Origin: Candidatus Subterrananammoxibius californiae
Lineage (GTDB): Bacteria; Planctomycetota; Brocadiia; Brocadiales; Subterrananammoxibiaceae
Length of the DNA: 64,000 bases
Direction of reading: 5' to 3'
Assembly (NCBI GenBank): GCA_030586555.1
Contig: JAURAC010000004.1
Coordinates: 37,800-101,799 of the forward strand
The position numbers and the translations under genes are program-made. Positions 55,749-64,000 of this stretch are shown here, in pieces. The notes beneath the pieces are model-generated. The model made no database searches. It was not told the origin of the DNA and saw nothing but the letters and a program-made list of their open reading frames with translations. Numbering within the stretch: the stretch's first letter is position 1; every line of letters begins with the position of its first letter.

Positions 55749-56600
55749 TTAATTTAATTCCCTGGAAAGTTCAGGGAAAAAGTCCTGTAGCTTAAAACGT
55801 GTCTTAAAGATTTTACTGAGTTCTAAATACTGCTTCATTCCTCTTTTACCCCTGCCTTTTGTTTTTCTGGCAGAGATTAAGATATTCTTGGGGCTCAACT
55901 TGGGAGGTACAACCTCCATAAGCTCTACATGATAGCCAGCGCCAACAAGAAATTGTGATCTGAGCGCCTCTGTTAAGATATCTGCAAACCTATAGCGTAA
56001 TACACCAAATTCCGTCAAGCTTATCAAGGGATGAGAAAATCTAAGTTGGCTACGAATCTGGTTCTGGCAGCAAGGAACTACCATAATATACTTTGCGCCT
56101 AATTTAATTCCCTTGGCTATTGCCTCATCTGTGGCAGTATCGCAGGCATGCAATGCAATGACAACGTCTACCTTCCCCTGATAAAGACCTTCAGGGACAG
56201 TCCCATCGGGCTGAAAGTTTATGGTTCGTCCATGCACAAATTGCATGTTTTTGTAACCAAGCGCAGAACTAATTTGTTCACATTTCTCTACAAGTGACTT
56301 ATTAATATCTACCCCAAAAAAGAAAGTCCTGGTTTTGTATGTATTACTGATAATATGATTAAGCACAAATGACAAATAGGACTTTCCACACGAGCATTCA
56401 AGGAATACCGTGTTGTCGCCCCTTAAAAGGGTGTCTGCTGCTTTCAGTATCTGTTCTGCAAAGCCCACTACCTCGCCAAATTTTTTTAGCTTTCTCCTGT
56501 CAACCGAACCGTCTGGTCCGTCTAACCCAATATGGTGAATAAAATTCTTAGATGAAGTTAATATCTCCGTCACGGTATCTTTATCAAGCATAATTCTCAC
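55749..56600 (-). CDS. SAM-dependent methyltransferase (Methyltransf_32-like) inserted between rpsM and rpsK
   Basis: 283 aa. [15 protein letters not shown] (motif I-like) and [35 protein letters not shown] are typical of the PF13679-type family. Confidence 0.65.
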   Translation of the reverse strand: MRIMLDKDTVTEILTSSKNFIHHIGLDGPDGSVDRRKLKKFGEVVGFAEQILKAADTLLRGDNTVFLECSCGKSYLSFVLNHIISNTYKTRTFFFGVDINKSLVEKCEQISSALGYKNMQFVHGRTINFQPDGTVPEGLYQGKVDVVIALHACDTATDEAIAKGIKLGAKYIMVVPCCQNQIRSQLRFSHPLISLTEFGVLRYRFADILTEALRSQFLVGAGYHVELMEVVPPKLSPKNILISARKTKGRGKRGMKQYLELSKIFKTRFKLQDFFPELSRELN

Positions 56601-56614
56601 GATAAGAAAGTAAA

Positions 56615-56630
56615 GTCTGCCGAGGCAGAC
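56615..56630. repeat. Intercistronic hairpin gtctgccgaggcagac
   Basis: Perfect 6-bp stem. Lies between the rpsM stop and the methyltransferase start. Confidence 0.6.
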
Positions 56631-56636
56631 ATGGGC

Positions 56637-57020
56637 TTACCCGATTTCTTTTACGCCCTTCTTTCCTGCAACGGTCTTTCTTCTGCCTTTCCTTGTTCGT
56701 GCATTGGTCCTTGTTCTTTGACCTCTAACAGGAAGACCCACTCTGTGGCGAACGCCTCTGTAACAAGCGATATTCTTTAGACGTGCAATGTTCTGTGCCT
56801 CCTGCCTGCGCAATTGTCCTTCAGTTATGTAATTCTTCTCGATATGCGAACCTAAGGCGCTAAGTTGTTCTTCGGTCAGGTCCTTTACACGCATATTTTC
56901 GTCTATACCGAGGGTTTTAAGAATATTTTGAGATAGCGCTGACCCTATTCCATAAATGTAGGTCAGGGCAACCACAGTCCGTTTGTCAGTGGGAATATCA
57001 ACTCCAGCAATCCTTGGCAT
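56637..57020 (-). CDS. rpsM: 30S ribosomal protein S13
   Basis: [26 protein letters not shown]... Confidence 0.95.
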   Translation of the reverse strand: MPRIAGVDIPTDKRTVVALTYIYGIGSALSQNILKTLGIDENMRVKDLTEEQLSALGSHIEKNYITEGQLRRQEAQNIARLKNIACYRGVRHRVGLPVRGQRTRTNARTRKGRRKTVAGKKGVKEIG

Positions 57021-57047
57021 TTAAACCTCCTTACCAACCCCCTCGCT

Positions 57048-57080
57048 TACCCTCCCCCTTTAAGGGAGAGGGGAGGGTGG
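57048..57080. repeat. Imperfect GC-rich hairpin (accctccccctttaagggagaggggagggt) in the rpmJ-rpsM spacer
   Basis: Read directly. Same flavour as 39579..39630. Confidence 0.45.
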
Positions 57081-57086
57081 GGGTGA

Positions 57087-57203
57087 TTAGCTACCCTGTC
57101 TTTGCTTATGTCTGGGGTTTGTGCATATTACACGGACAACGTTTTTCCGCCTGATGATCTTGCAATGTTCACAAATCCGTTTTACAGAAGACCTGACTTT
57201 CAT
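57087..57203 (-). CDS. rpmJ: 50S ribosomal protein L36 (zinc-binding form)
   Basis: Own translation: [38 protein letters not shown]. Too short for the ORF track. Sits in the expected infA-rpmJ-rpsM position. Confidence 0.9.
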   Translation of the reverse strand: MKVRSSVKRICEHCKIIRRKNVVRVICTNPRHKQRQGS

Positions 57204-57214
57204 GTTTCACCTAT

Positions 57215-57433
57215 TTAAACCTGTCTGTAAATTATCCTTCCTTTATTTAGGTCGTAAGGAGACATTTCGATTGTTACTTTGTCCCCCGGTAGGATTCTAA
57301 TGAAATTCATTCTCATCTTGCCTGATACATGTGCAAGCACCTGGTGCCCGTTTGCCAGTTCTACGCGAAACATCGCATTAGGCAACGCCTCTTTTACAGT
57401 CGCTTCTACACGAATCGGCTCCTCTTTAGCCAC
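57215..57433 (-). CDS. infA: Translation initiation factor IF-1
   Basis: [72 protein letters not shown] start. Confidence 0.95.
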   Translation of the reverse strand: MAKEEPIRVEATVKEALPNAMFRVELANGHQVLAHVSGKMRMNFIRILPGDKVTIEMSPYDLNKGRIIYRQV

Positions 57434-57528
57434 ATAAACTCCTCTAAAAACCTCATATCATCCACCGTTTTTCCTTTGTGGATTTAAAATACTTAGCTCT
57501 ATATTGTAAGAACATTTTGAAAAACCAA

Positions 57529-57543
57529 TCCGTCTCTGGCGGA
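57529..57543. repeat. Intercistronic hairpin variant tccgtctctggcgga
   Basis: Read directly. Abuts the map stop codon. Confidence 0.55.
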
Positions 57544-58296
57544 CTATTTTGTCAGTATTTCAGCGCTGTTATTGGTAACAACTACTGTATGTTCAAAATG
57601 GGCGGATGGTTTTCTATCCTTTGTTACCACCGTCCATTTATTAGGTAACACCTCAGTATCTGGCTTTCCAAGACATATCATAGGTTCTATAGCGAGGGTT
57701 GTTCCTGGCATTAGTATCTCATCTGCTTCTAATAGTGCCTTGCTAACAAAATTTGGAACCTGTGGGTCCTCATGCATTTTCCTACCTATGCCGTGCCCTG
57801 TATACTCCCTGATTACGGAAAATCCATTAAATTCTACAAAATCCTGAATTGCCCGAGAAACTTCCGATAACTTAACATCTGCATGCAAGGCTTTGATAGC
57901 CAAATGGAGCGCTTCTTCACAAACCTCTACTAACTTTTTTACTTCGTCAGAAATTTCACCAATTGGAATGGTTATAGCTGCATCTGCGACATATTTGTGA
58001 TATTCTACACCAATATCCACACCGATTATATCACCATTGTGGAGCTTTCTATGTCCCGGAATTCCGTGTACGACCTCTTCATTTATTGATGTACATATGC
58101 TCTTGGGGTAACCTCTATACCCTTTAAATACCGGTATGCCGCCTCTTTCCTGTACATACTTCTCTAATTCATCATTTAGAAAATCTGTAGTCACGCCCTT
58201 TTTTGCTATCCTTTTTGCCAGATTCAAAGCACCTGCAACAAGTTCCCCTGCCTTGCGCATAAGTTCAATCTCACGAGTAGATTTCCGAATTATCAC
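57544..58296 (-). CDS. map: Methionine aminopeptidase type I
   Basis: IIRKSTREIELMRKAGELVA, VHGIPG, DIGVEYHKYVADAA, GHGIG, LAIEPM and AHFEHTV motifs. Start placed at the GTG at 58296; the ORF track runs to 58347 inside adk. Confidence 0.9.
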   Translation of the reverse strand: MIIRKSTREIELMRKAGELVAGALNLAKRIAKKGVTTDFLNDELEKYVQERGGIPVFKGYRGYPKSICTSINEEVVHGIPGHRKLHNGDIIGVDIGVEYHKYVADAAITIPIGEISDEVKKLVEVCEEALHLAIKALHADVKLSEVSRAIQDFVEFNGFSVIREYTGHGIGRKMHEDPQVPNFVSKALLEADEILMPGTTLAIEPMICLGKPDTEVLPNKWTVVTKDRKPSAHFEHTVVVTNNSAEILTK

Positions 58297-58981
58297 CCAA
58301 AAAACTCTCCTCTTTATGTCTACGGTGATGCTTTGGAATTGTCTCAAGGACTTTTGTAATCATCCTATAAGTCTTATCTACATCCCAATCGCCTTTGACT
58401 TCTTTTAGTACTTTATTTCGTTTATAATAATCTATAAGACCTTCTGTTTGTTCTTTATAAACGCGCAATCTTTTCGCTATGGTTTCAGGTTTATCATCCG
58501 TACGTTGATAAAGCTGACCGCCACACTTATCACATATTCCTTCTTTTAAAGGCGGAATATACTGAACATGATAGTTTGCTCCGCACGTCTTGCAAGTTCT
58601 TCTGCCAGAAAGGCGCTGGATAGCAGTATCCTCAGATACTGCGAAATAAAAAACCACGTCTAACCTTTCTCCAATATTTCGGAGTGTTTCGTCGAGCGCC
58701 TTGGCTTGAACAAGCGTCCTTGGAAAACCATCGAGAACGAACCCATGCTTATGGTCATCTGAGGAGATTCTCTCCGCTATAATGTTGAGCACTACGTCAT
58801 CTGGCACCAAAAGGCCCTTTTCCATGTACTCCTTTGCACTTACCCCTGTACTGGTGCCATCCTTTACAGCCTGTCTCAATAGGTCTCCTGTAGAAATATG
58901 GAGGAGACCTTTTGTATTACTGATAGTCTCTGCCTGGGTTCCCTTTCCTGCCCCCGGTGGGCCAAGAAAAACTATGTTCAT
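58271..58981 (-). CDS. adk: Adenylate kinase (Cys4 zinc lid)
   Basis: MNIVFLGPPGAGKGTQA, with the lid CKTCGANYH...CDKCGGQLYQRTDD. At 236 aa it has a ~20-aa C-terminal extension overlapping the map start. Confidence 0.9.
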   Translation of the reverse strand: MNIVFLGPPGAGKGTQAETISNTKGLLHISTGDLLRQAVKDGTSTGVSAKEYMEKGLLVPDDVVLNIIAERISSDDHKHGFVLDGFPRTLVQAKALDETLRNIGERLDVVFYFAVSEDTAIQRLSGRRTCKTCGANYHVQYIPPLKEGICDKCGGQLYQRTDDKPETIAKRLRVYKEQTEGLIDYYKRNKVLKEVKGDWDVDKTYRMITKVLETIPKHHRRHKEESFLGDNSEIYS

Positions 58982-60360
58982 CCGTGACGTCCTCTTATCC
59001 TACCGCTTCCACCTAAGAAGCCGCCGTAATGTCTCATAAGTAAGTGCGCTTCAACCTTCTGAATCAGGTCTAACGCTACACCTACAACTATTAACAAGCC
59101 TGTGCCGCCATAAAAGCCTGCTATTGCTCCGGAGAGTCCAAATCCACCGGATATTAAATTGGGCATAATGGCAATGATTGCCAGAAATGCTGCCCCTGCC
59201 ATGGTAATTTTACCCATTATGCTTTCAAGGTATTCAGCAGTTCGCCACCCGGGACGAATCCCGGGGATAAAGCTTCCGTAGTCCTTCATGTTATTTGACA
59301 TCTCTTTAGGGTTGAACTGTATCGCCGTCCAGAAATAACAGAAAAAGGCAATCAAGAAGATATACATAATGATATAGACGAATCCCCCTTGAAACGCATC
59401 TGCAAGGCGCGAGGTTAACCCGTAACCAAATGTTCCCGGTTCGAGCCTGACCTGTATGCCCTGCATTATGGCTGCTGGGAAGATTAACAGTGACTGGGCA
59501 AATATAATAGGCATAACACCTGCCTGATTTACCCTCAACGGAAGAAAGTGTTTTTGTCCACCATACACCTTGCGTCCACGGGTATGTTTTGCCTGTTGTA
59601 CAGGGATGCGCCTTTGCCCCTGAGTGATATAAACCACTCCACCAACTATACCAAAGAACATGGCTGCCAATATTAATACTTTTACTATCCCAATCTCGTG
59701 TTCAGCCGGTGTTACTGAGAAGGTAAAATTCTGGATAATCTGGCTGAATGCCCAGGGCAACCTATCTATTATTCCTACCATTATAATAAGGGATATCCCA
59801 CTGCCTATTCCATGCTCGTCAATCTGTTCACCCAACCACATAAGTACCATGGTGCCTGTAGTTAGCAAGATTGCCGCCGTTATCTGAAATCCAATACCCT
59901 GAAGGTGTAATGGTATAACGGGGACGTTGTTAATTTCAATGGTATAAAGTGTTCGGGTCATGATAAACGCCTGGAACAAACATAGTCCTGCCGTGGCAAT
60001 TCTTGTATATTGATTAATCTTCTTGCGGCCAACCTCACCCTCTTTTTGTAACTTTTCCAAATACGGAACTACCCCTACGAGCAACTGAAAGATAATGGAT
60101 GCGCTGATATAGGGCATTATTCCAAGCCCGAATATAGCCCCAGAACTCATTGCTCCACCAGCAAAAAGGTCAACGAGATTTAATAGCTGTCCAACCCCTT
60201 TTTGCGTAAATTGGTTGAAATACTCCTTTAATACCGCGGTATCAATACCAGGGATTGGTATATATACGCCGATCCTGCATATTGCAATTATGCCGAGGGT
60301 AAAAAGGACCTTTCGCCTCAATTCTGGAATTTTAAATATATTGGAAAACTGTTCTATCAT
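58978..60360 (-). CDS. secY: Preprotein translocase subunit SecY
   Basis: 460-aa 10-TM ORF with ...GIMPYISASII and GGTGLLIVVGVALD. Canonical position between rplO and adk. Confidence 0.95.
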   Translation of the reverse strand: MIEQFSNIFKIPELRRKVLFTLGIIAICRIGVYIPIPGIDTAVLKEYFNQFTQKGVGQLLNLVDLFAGGAMSSGAIFGLGIMPYISASIIFQLLVGVVPYLEKLQKEGEVGRKKINQYTRIATAGLCLFQAFIMTRTLYTIEINNVPVIPLHLQGIGFQITAAILLTTGTMVLMWLGEQIDEHGIGSGISLIIMVGIIDRLPWAFSQIIQNFTFSVTPAEHEIGIVKVLILAAMFFGIVGGVVYITQGQRRIPVQQAKHTRGRKVYGGQKHFLPLRVNQAGVMPIIFAQSLLIFPAAIMQGIQVRLEPGTFGYGLTSRLADAFQGGFVYIIMYIFLIAFFCYFWTAIQFNPKEMSNNMKDYGSFIPGIRPGWRTAEYLESIMGKITMAGAAFLAIIAIMPNLISGGFGLSGAIAGFYGGTGLLIVVGVALDLIQKVEAHLLMRHYGGFLGGSGRIRGRHG

Positions 60361-60387
60361 GGTATCTTTCGCTAAAGCTTCAGAATA

Positions 60388-60831
60388 CTATGGAATAATC
60401 TTAACCTCGCCGCCGGATGCCTTAATCTTCTCAACGGCTGTTTTACTAAACTTGTGGGCAACAACGGTCAAAGGCTTTTTTAGTTCCCCATCGCCTAAGA
60501 CCTTAACACCATCTTTAATGTTCTTTACAATTCCTTTTTCTTGCATCTTTTCTGGGTCTATGACTGTTCCTTCGTCAAAACATTCGAGGTCTTTTATGTT
60601 TACAATATCGTAAAGCTTTTTAAATGGATTATGGAAACCCCTTTTAGGAAGGCGGCGAAATAAGGGCATTTGCCCACCTTCAAAGTAGGGACGGTACTCT
60701 GTTCCCGAACGTGCCGTTGTCCCTTTACCTCCGCGCCCCGAAGTCTTACCATGGCCAGAGCCGGGACCTGCGCCAACCCTTTTTTTGCGTTTTCGCTTAA
60801 ATGGCGTTGCTTTGACATCTATCAGATTCAT
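60388..60831 (-). CDS. rplO: 50S ribosomal protein L15
   Basis: RKRKKRVGAGPGSGHGKTSGRGGKG... Confidence 0.95.
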   Translation of the reverse strand: MNLIDVKATPFKRKRKKRVGAGPGSGHGKTSGRGGKGTTARSGTEYRPYFEGGQMPLFRRLPKRGFHNPFKKLYDIVNIKDLECFDEGTVIDPEKMQEKGIVKNIKDGVKVLGDGELKKPLTVVAHKFSKTAVEKIKASGGEVKIIP

Positions 60832-61319
60832 TCTATCTTGCTTTCTCTTAATTTTTCTATCTGTTCTCTTGTTCTAAGCATCCTTAAACCATTAATGGTT
60901 GCCTTGACAATATTTATTGGATTTCTGCTTCCGTAACATTTTGTCAATATATTTTTAACGCCAGCAGCTTCAAGGATCGCTCTCACGGTGCCGCCTGCCT
61001 TTATACCTGTACCACCTGAAGCAGGTTTCATAAATACCCTGGAGGCGCCATAATGCCCCCAGACCTCGTGGGGCAATGTGTCTCCACTTCTACCGAATGG
61101 TATTTGAATGGTCTGTTTCATTGCATCCTTGACTGCCTTACTAACTGCACTGGGAACCTCTCTGGCTTTACCAAATCCATATCCTACAGTTCCCTTGCCG
61201 TTCCCTACCGCAACAAGTGCGCTAAAACTAAGGTTTTTTCCTCCTTTCGTTACTGCAGTACATCTGTTGATACTTATAACTGTCTCTTGAAACTCTGTTT
61301 TCTCTTTGTTGAATGCCAA
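60828..61319 (-). CDS. rpsE: 30S ribosomal protein S5
   Basis: VISINRCTAVTKGGKNLSFSALVAVGNGKGTVGYGFGKAREVP. TTG start with an aaggagggg RBS. 4-nt overlap with rplO, so there is no rpmD between them. Confidence 0.95.
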   Translation of the reverse strand: MAFNKEKTEFQETVISINRCTAVTKGGKNLSFSALVAVGNGKGTVGYGFGKAREVPSAVSKAVKDAMKQTIQIPFGRSGDTLPHEVWGHYGASRVFMKPASGGTGIKAGGTVRAILEAAGVKNILTKCYGSRNPINIVKATINGLRMLRTREQIEKLRESKIE

Positions 61320-61336
61320 AAACCCCTCCTTTTGGT

Positions 61337-61350
61337 ACGCCTTAGGCGGA
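61337..61350. repeat. Intercistronic hairpin variant (tacgccttaggcgga)
   Basis: cgcct/aggcg stem, immediately upstream of the rpsE RBS on the mRNA. Confidence 0.5.
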
Positions 61351-61364
61351 CTGAAATCCTGTTA

Positions 61365-61733
61365 TTAAAATACCAAATTATTTTTTCTTGCACTCTCAGC
61401 CAATGCCTTAATCCTGCCGTGGAATTTATAGCCACCCCTGTCAAAGACCACCTTTTGAATCCCTATCTTTCTTGCCTCCTCGGCTATCTTTTGGCCAACT
61501 AATTCTGCGGATGCCCTATTGCCTCCGTAACGAACTTTTTCCCTGATGTCTTTTTGTAAAGTTGATGAAGAAGCAAGCGTCTTGCCTGCCATATCGTCTA
61601 TCAATTGGCAATAAACGTTCTTTAAGCTTTTATATACACTCAGGCGTGGCCTTTCAGCAGTTCCAATAATCCTTTGACGAACCCTTTTGTGCCGCCGCTC
61701 CCTTTTACGCCATTTTTCTCTGTTAAGATTCAT
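61365..61733 (-). CDS. rplR: 50S ribosomal protein L18
   Basis: RHKRVRQRIIGTAERPRLSVYKSLKNVYCQLIDD...FDRGGYKFHGRIKALAESARKNNLVF. Confidence 0.95.
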   Translation of the reverse strand: MNLNREKWRKRERRHKRVRQRIIGTAERPRLSVYKSLKNVYCQLIDDMAGKTLASSSTLQKDIREKVRYGGNRASAELVGQKIAEEARKIGIQKVVFDRGGYKFHGRIKALAESARKNNLVF

Positions 61734-61778
61734 AAATTAAGCCTTCCCCGAAAACGACCTATCCTGTAAGTCTAATGT

Positions 61779-62339
61779 TTATTGTGCCGCAGCAAATGCC
61801 TTTCCAGCCTTTCTCCGTATAACCTCTCCCGCGTATTTGATTCCCTTACCTTTGTAAGGTTCTGCGGGCCGGATGTCCCTGATAAAGGCTGCAAATTGTC
61901 CTACGAGTTGTTTACCTGCGCCTCTTATAGTTAATTTGCCGGGGTTTGTTTTACTCACCTCTTCGACTTCAAGCCCATCTGGAATCTTCAAATTTACAGG
62001 ATGAGAAAATCCAAGCTGTAATACTACCTCTCTGCCTTGAACCTTCACACTGTAACCAACCCCATTAATTTCCAGTGTTTTAGAGAACCCGTTGGTTACG
62101 CCACTAATTAAGTTTGCAATGAGTGAACGGGTCAAGCCTTGAAGTGCCTTTTGTTGCTTATCATCCGAAGGGCGTTTGACGTGTATGAGTCTACTTTTTT
62201 CGTCGTATTCTACCGTCATTTTTTGGTGAAACTCCTGGGTTAACTTGCCTTTAGGCCCCTCGGCGGAAAGACGACGGTCATTAATATTTACTTTAACATT
62301 ATCGGGTACAGGTATCGGCTTCTTCCCTATTCTTGACAT
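61779..62339 (-). CDS. rplF: 50S ribosomal protein L6
   Basis: MSRIGKKPIPVPDNVKVNI...PYKGKGIKYAGEVIRRKAGK. Confidence 0.95.
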   Translation of the reverse strand: MSRIGKKPIPVPDNVKVNINDRRLSAEGPKGKLTQEFHQKMTVEYDEKSRLIHVKRPSDDKQQKALQGLTRSLIANLISGVTNGFSKTLEINGVGYSVKVQGREVVLQLGFSHPVNLKIPDGLEVEEVSKTNPGKLTIRGAGKQLVGQFAAFIRDIRPAEPYKGKGIKYAGEVIRRKAGKAFAAAQ

Positions 62340-62373
62340 ATCTTTCCCTATTTCTATTAAAATTGCCCCACCA

Positions 62374-62401
62374 GTAGAGGCGCATAGCTATGCGTCTCTA
62401 C
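62374..62401. repeat. 12-bp stem hairpin gtagaggcgcat-agct-atgcgtctctac in the rplF-rpsH spacer
   Basis: Read directly, with one G-T/wobble position. Confidence 0.6.
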
Positions 62402-62405
62402 CGAG

Positions 62406-62804
62406 TTACCAAACTGTACAAATTAATTCCCCACCCACATGAAGTTTATGGGCTTCTTTATTACTTATAATCCCTTTTGGAGTAGAATATATTGCTATAC
62501 CTATTCCACTTAATACGTTTTTAATTTCTCCAGCCTTTTTGTACAATCTTCTGCCTGATTTACTATCCCTTCTAATTTGAGTGATAACCCTTTGCTTCAT
62601 TGGGCCATATTTGAGATAGACACGCAGGGTGCCTTGCCTTTCATCAGGAATTTCTTTAAATTCCTTTATAAATCCTTCATTCTTTAGAACCCTTGCTATT
62701 GCCACTTTAAAACGAGAAAGAGGTATATCTACGCTTTCTTGCCCGGTCATATTGGCATTTCTAATGCGGGTCAGCATATCAGCAACAGTATCAGTCATAC
62801 ACAT
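62406..62804 (-). CDS. rpsH: 30S ribosomal protein S8
   Basis: MTDTVADMLTRIRNANMTGQESVDIP... and a C-terminal GGELICTVW. Confidence 0.95.
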   Translation of the reverse strand: MCMTDTVADMLTRIRNANMTGQESVDIPLSRFKVAIARVLKNEGFIKEFKEIPDERQGTLRVYLKYGPMKQRVITQIRRDSKSGRRLYKKAGEIKNVLSGIGIAIYSTPKGIISNKEAHKLHVGGELICTVW

Positions 62805-62844
62805 TTCTTGAATTTACTCCCCAAATTTATGTTATGATTTTTAA

Positions 62845-63030
62845 CTACCAGCTTGCCTTCCTAACACCGGGGATTTCCCCCCTTAAGGCTAATGTCCTGA
62901 AACATATCCTGCAAACATGGAACTTTCTGTAGTATGCCCTCGAGCGTCCACAGAGTTCACATCTGTTGTATTTTCTTGTTTTGTATTTTGGCGTCTTCTT
63001 ACACTTCTCTCTAAGTGCCTTACGCGCCAT
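62845..63030 (-). CDS. rpsN: 30S ribosomal protein S14, type Z (zinc-binding, 61 aa)
   Basis: [38 protein letters not shown]. Confidence 0.95.
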   Translation of the reverse strand: MARKALREKCKKTPKYKTRKYNRCELCGRSRAYYRKFHVCRICFRTLALRGEIPGVRKASW

Positions 63031-63047
63031 ATTAAGCCTTCTCCCTT

Positions 63048-63587
63048 TTAAGGTCTAAATGGTGTTCCAAAAAGCTTGAGTAACTCAAATGAGTGCTCAT
63101 CCTTATTCCCTGTTATCACAAATGTTATATCCATACCCTGAACAAACTCAACATCATCAATGTTTATCTCAGGAAAAACCAGTTGCTCACTAATCCCGAG
63201 AGTATAATTACCACGGCCATCGAAGGCTTTGGGGGATAGTCCTCGAAAGTCTTTTATCCTGGGTAGCACAATACTAATTAGCCTATCAAAGAATTCGTAC
63301 ATCATCCTGCCACGCAACGTTACCTTGCAACCTATTGGGTTGCCTTTCCTCAGTTTGAACCCTGCAATAGATGTCCGTGCCTTCGTAACAAGAGGCTTCT
63401 GCCCTGTTATGAGGGACAGATGTTTAACGGCATCTTCGATTGCTTTTTTGTTTTCCAGTGCCTTCCCCACGCCCATGTTAACCACAATTTTAGATAATCT
63501 TGGTACCGCAAGTTTGTTCTTATAACCAAACTTCGTCATCAATTCTGGAACAACTTTTTGTTGATACAAATCAAGTAATCGTGCCAT
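63048..63587 (-). CDS. rplE: 50S ribosomal protein L5
   Basis: [41 protein letters not shown]... Confidence 0.95.
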   Translation of the reverse strand: MARLLDLYQQKVVPELMTKFGYKNKLAVPRLSKIVVNMGVGKALENKKAIEDAVKHLSLITGQKPLVTKARTSIAGFKLRKGNPIGCKVTLRGRMMYEFFDRLISIVLPRIKDFRGLSPKAFDGRGNYTLGISEQLVFPEINIDDVEFVQGMDITFVITGNKDEHSFELLKLFGTPFRP

Positions 63588-63628
63588 CTTTCCTGCTCTT
63601 TATAGTATTCTATTTAAACTGCCGCATA

Positions 63629-63964
63629 TTAAACTGTAACAATTATTTCATGACCGCATTTCACACATGCCCTTACTCTATTCCCGTTATCGAGCAATTT
63701 CATACGTGTCCTAACACCCCTATTGTATTTCGTACAGCTTTTGTTAGGGCATACCACAAGAACATTTGAGACCACCATTGGCGCTTCCTTCTGGACACGT
63801 CCACCTTGTGGATTCTTCTGGCTCGGCTTTACATGTTTAAGGATATAATTTATACCCTCAACGACAGCCTTTTGCTTCTTTGGTATGACCTTCAGAATCT
63901 TACCTGTCTTTCCGGCATCGTCTCCGCTCATAACCTCAACTATGTCATTTATACGAACATGCAT
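63629..63964 (-). CDS. rplX: 50S ribosomal protein L24 with an unusual Cys4 (CxxxxC...CxxC) C-terminal segment
   Basis: MHVRINDIVEVMSGDDAGKTGKILKV (KOW). The second ATG (63964) has a ggaga RBS and matches the usual L24 N-terminus; the ORF track starts at 63979 inside a hairpin. Confidence 0.9.
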   Translation of the reverse strand: MHVRINDIVEVMSGDDAGKTGKILKVIPKKQKAVVEGINYILKHVKPSQKNPQGGRVQKEAPMVVSNVLVVCPNKSCTKYNRGVRTRMKLLDNGNRVRACVKCGHEIIVTV

Positions 63965-63978
63965 TTGTTTCTTCTCCA

Positions 63979-63993
63979 TCCGCCTGAGGCGGA
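63979..63993. repeat. GC-rich intercistronic hairpin tccgcctgaggcgga
   Basis: Identical to 54563..54577. Lies just upstream of the rplX RBS on the mRNA. Confidence 0.7.
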
Positions 63994-64000
63994 TTAAACA

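Overview
The window is a densely coding 64-kb chromosomal segment, roughly 40-45% GC by eye, with most genes on the minus strand. I saw no rRNA, tRNA, CRISPR array, integrase or transposase. A PSCyt-type cytochrome domain, PEP-CTERM proteins and poly-Thr linker proteins suggest a Planctomycetota genome, possibly anammox/Brocadiales-like; this is inference only.

Layout:
- 1-16 kb, housekeeping: smc 5' end, an AT-rich HD-dNTPase plus deoxyribosyltransferase-like pair, the nrdR-nrdD-nrdG operon with NrdR boxes, mnmE, yidC, a TumE-like toxin-antitoxin (TA) pair with an in-frame amber codon, a Trm112-like gene, an 11-module PD40 repeat protein, scpA, an S2P protease, fic and nadD.
- 16.2-19.2 kb: a comM 3' remnant followed by an AT-rich, repeat-flanked two-gene island (4-TM protein plus ComEC-like MBL hydrolase with an extra C-terminal domain).
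- 19.4-38.9 kb, envelope/exopolysaccharide locus: sigma-54-type promoters, secreted beta-propeller proteins with poly-Thr linkers, three PEP-CTERM-family genes (one with a decayed anchor), a sugar transferase, PilZ, a polysaccharide deacetylase, a 1386-aa adhesin-like protein preceded by what looks like a c-di-GMP-I (GEMM-I) riboswitch, and two large polytopic membrane proteins.
- 39-45 kb: pyrE, a Type IIG restriction-modification fusion, a PIN/AbrB pair, dprA and a DUF4258/DUF2283 pair.
- 45-53 kb: aroB, folC, an orphan two-gene cassette, a DUF1844 gene, pyrG, kdsB, maf and a HIT gene.
- 52.8-64 kb: the rplX-to-rplQ ribosomal protein/secY/adk/map/infA/rpoA cluster, interrupted by a methyltransferase gene.

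Several short repeat families pepper the window, some inserted in frame into intact genes: heptamer tandem repeats, a 31-nt hairpin element and GC-rich intercistronic hairpins.

Most interesting candidates:
- the GEMM-I-like leader of the giant surface protein;
- the repeat-flanked 4TM + MBL island beside the comM remnant;
- the HD-dNTPase/deoxyribosyltransferase-like operon;
- the in-frame repeat insertions in mnmE, kdsB and a membrane protein.

All family assignments come from reading motifs by eye, and no database search was run.
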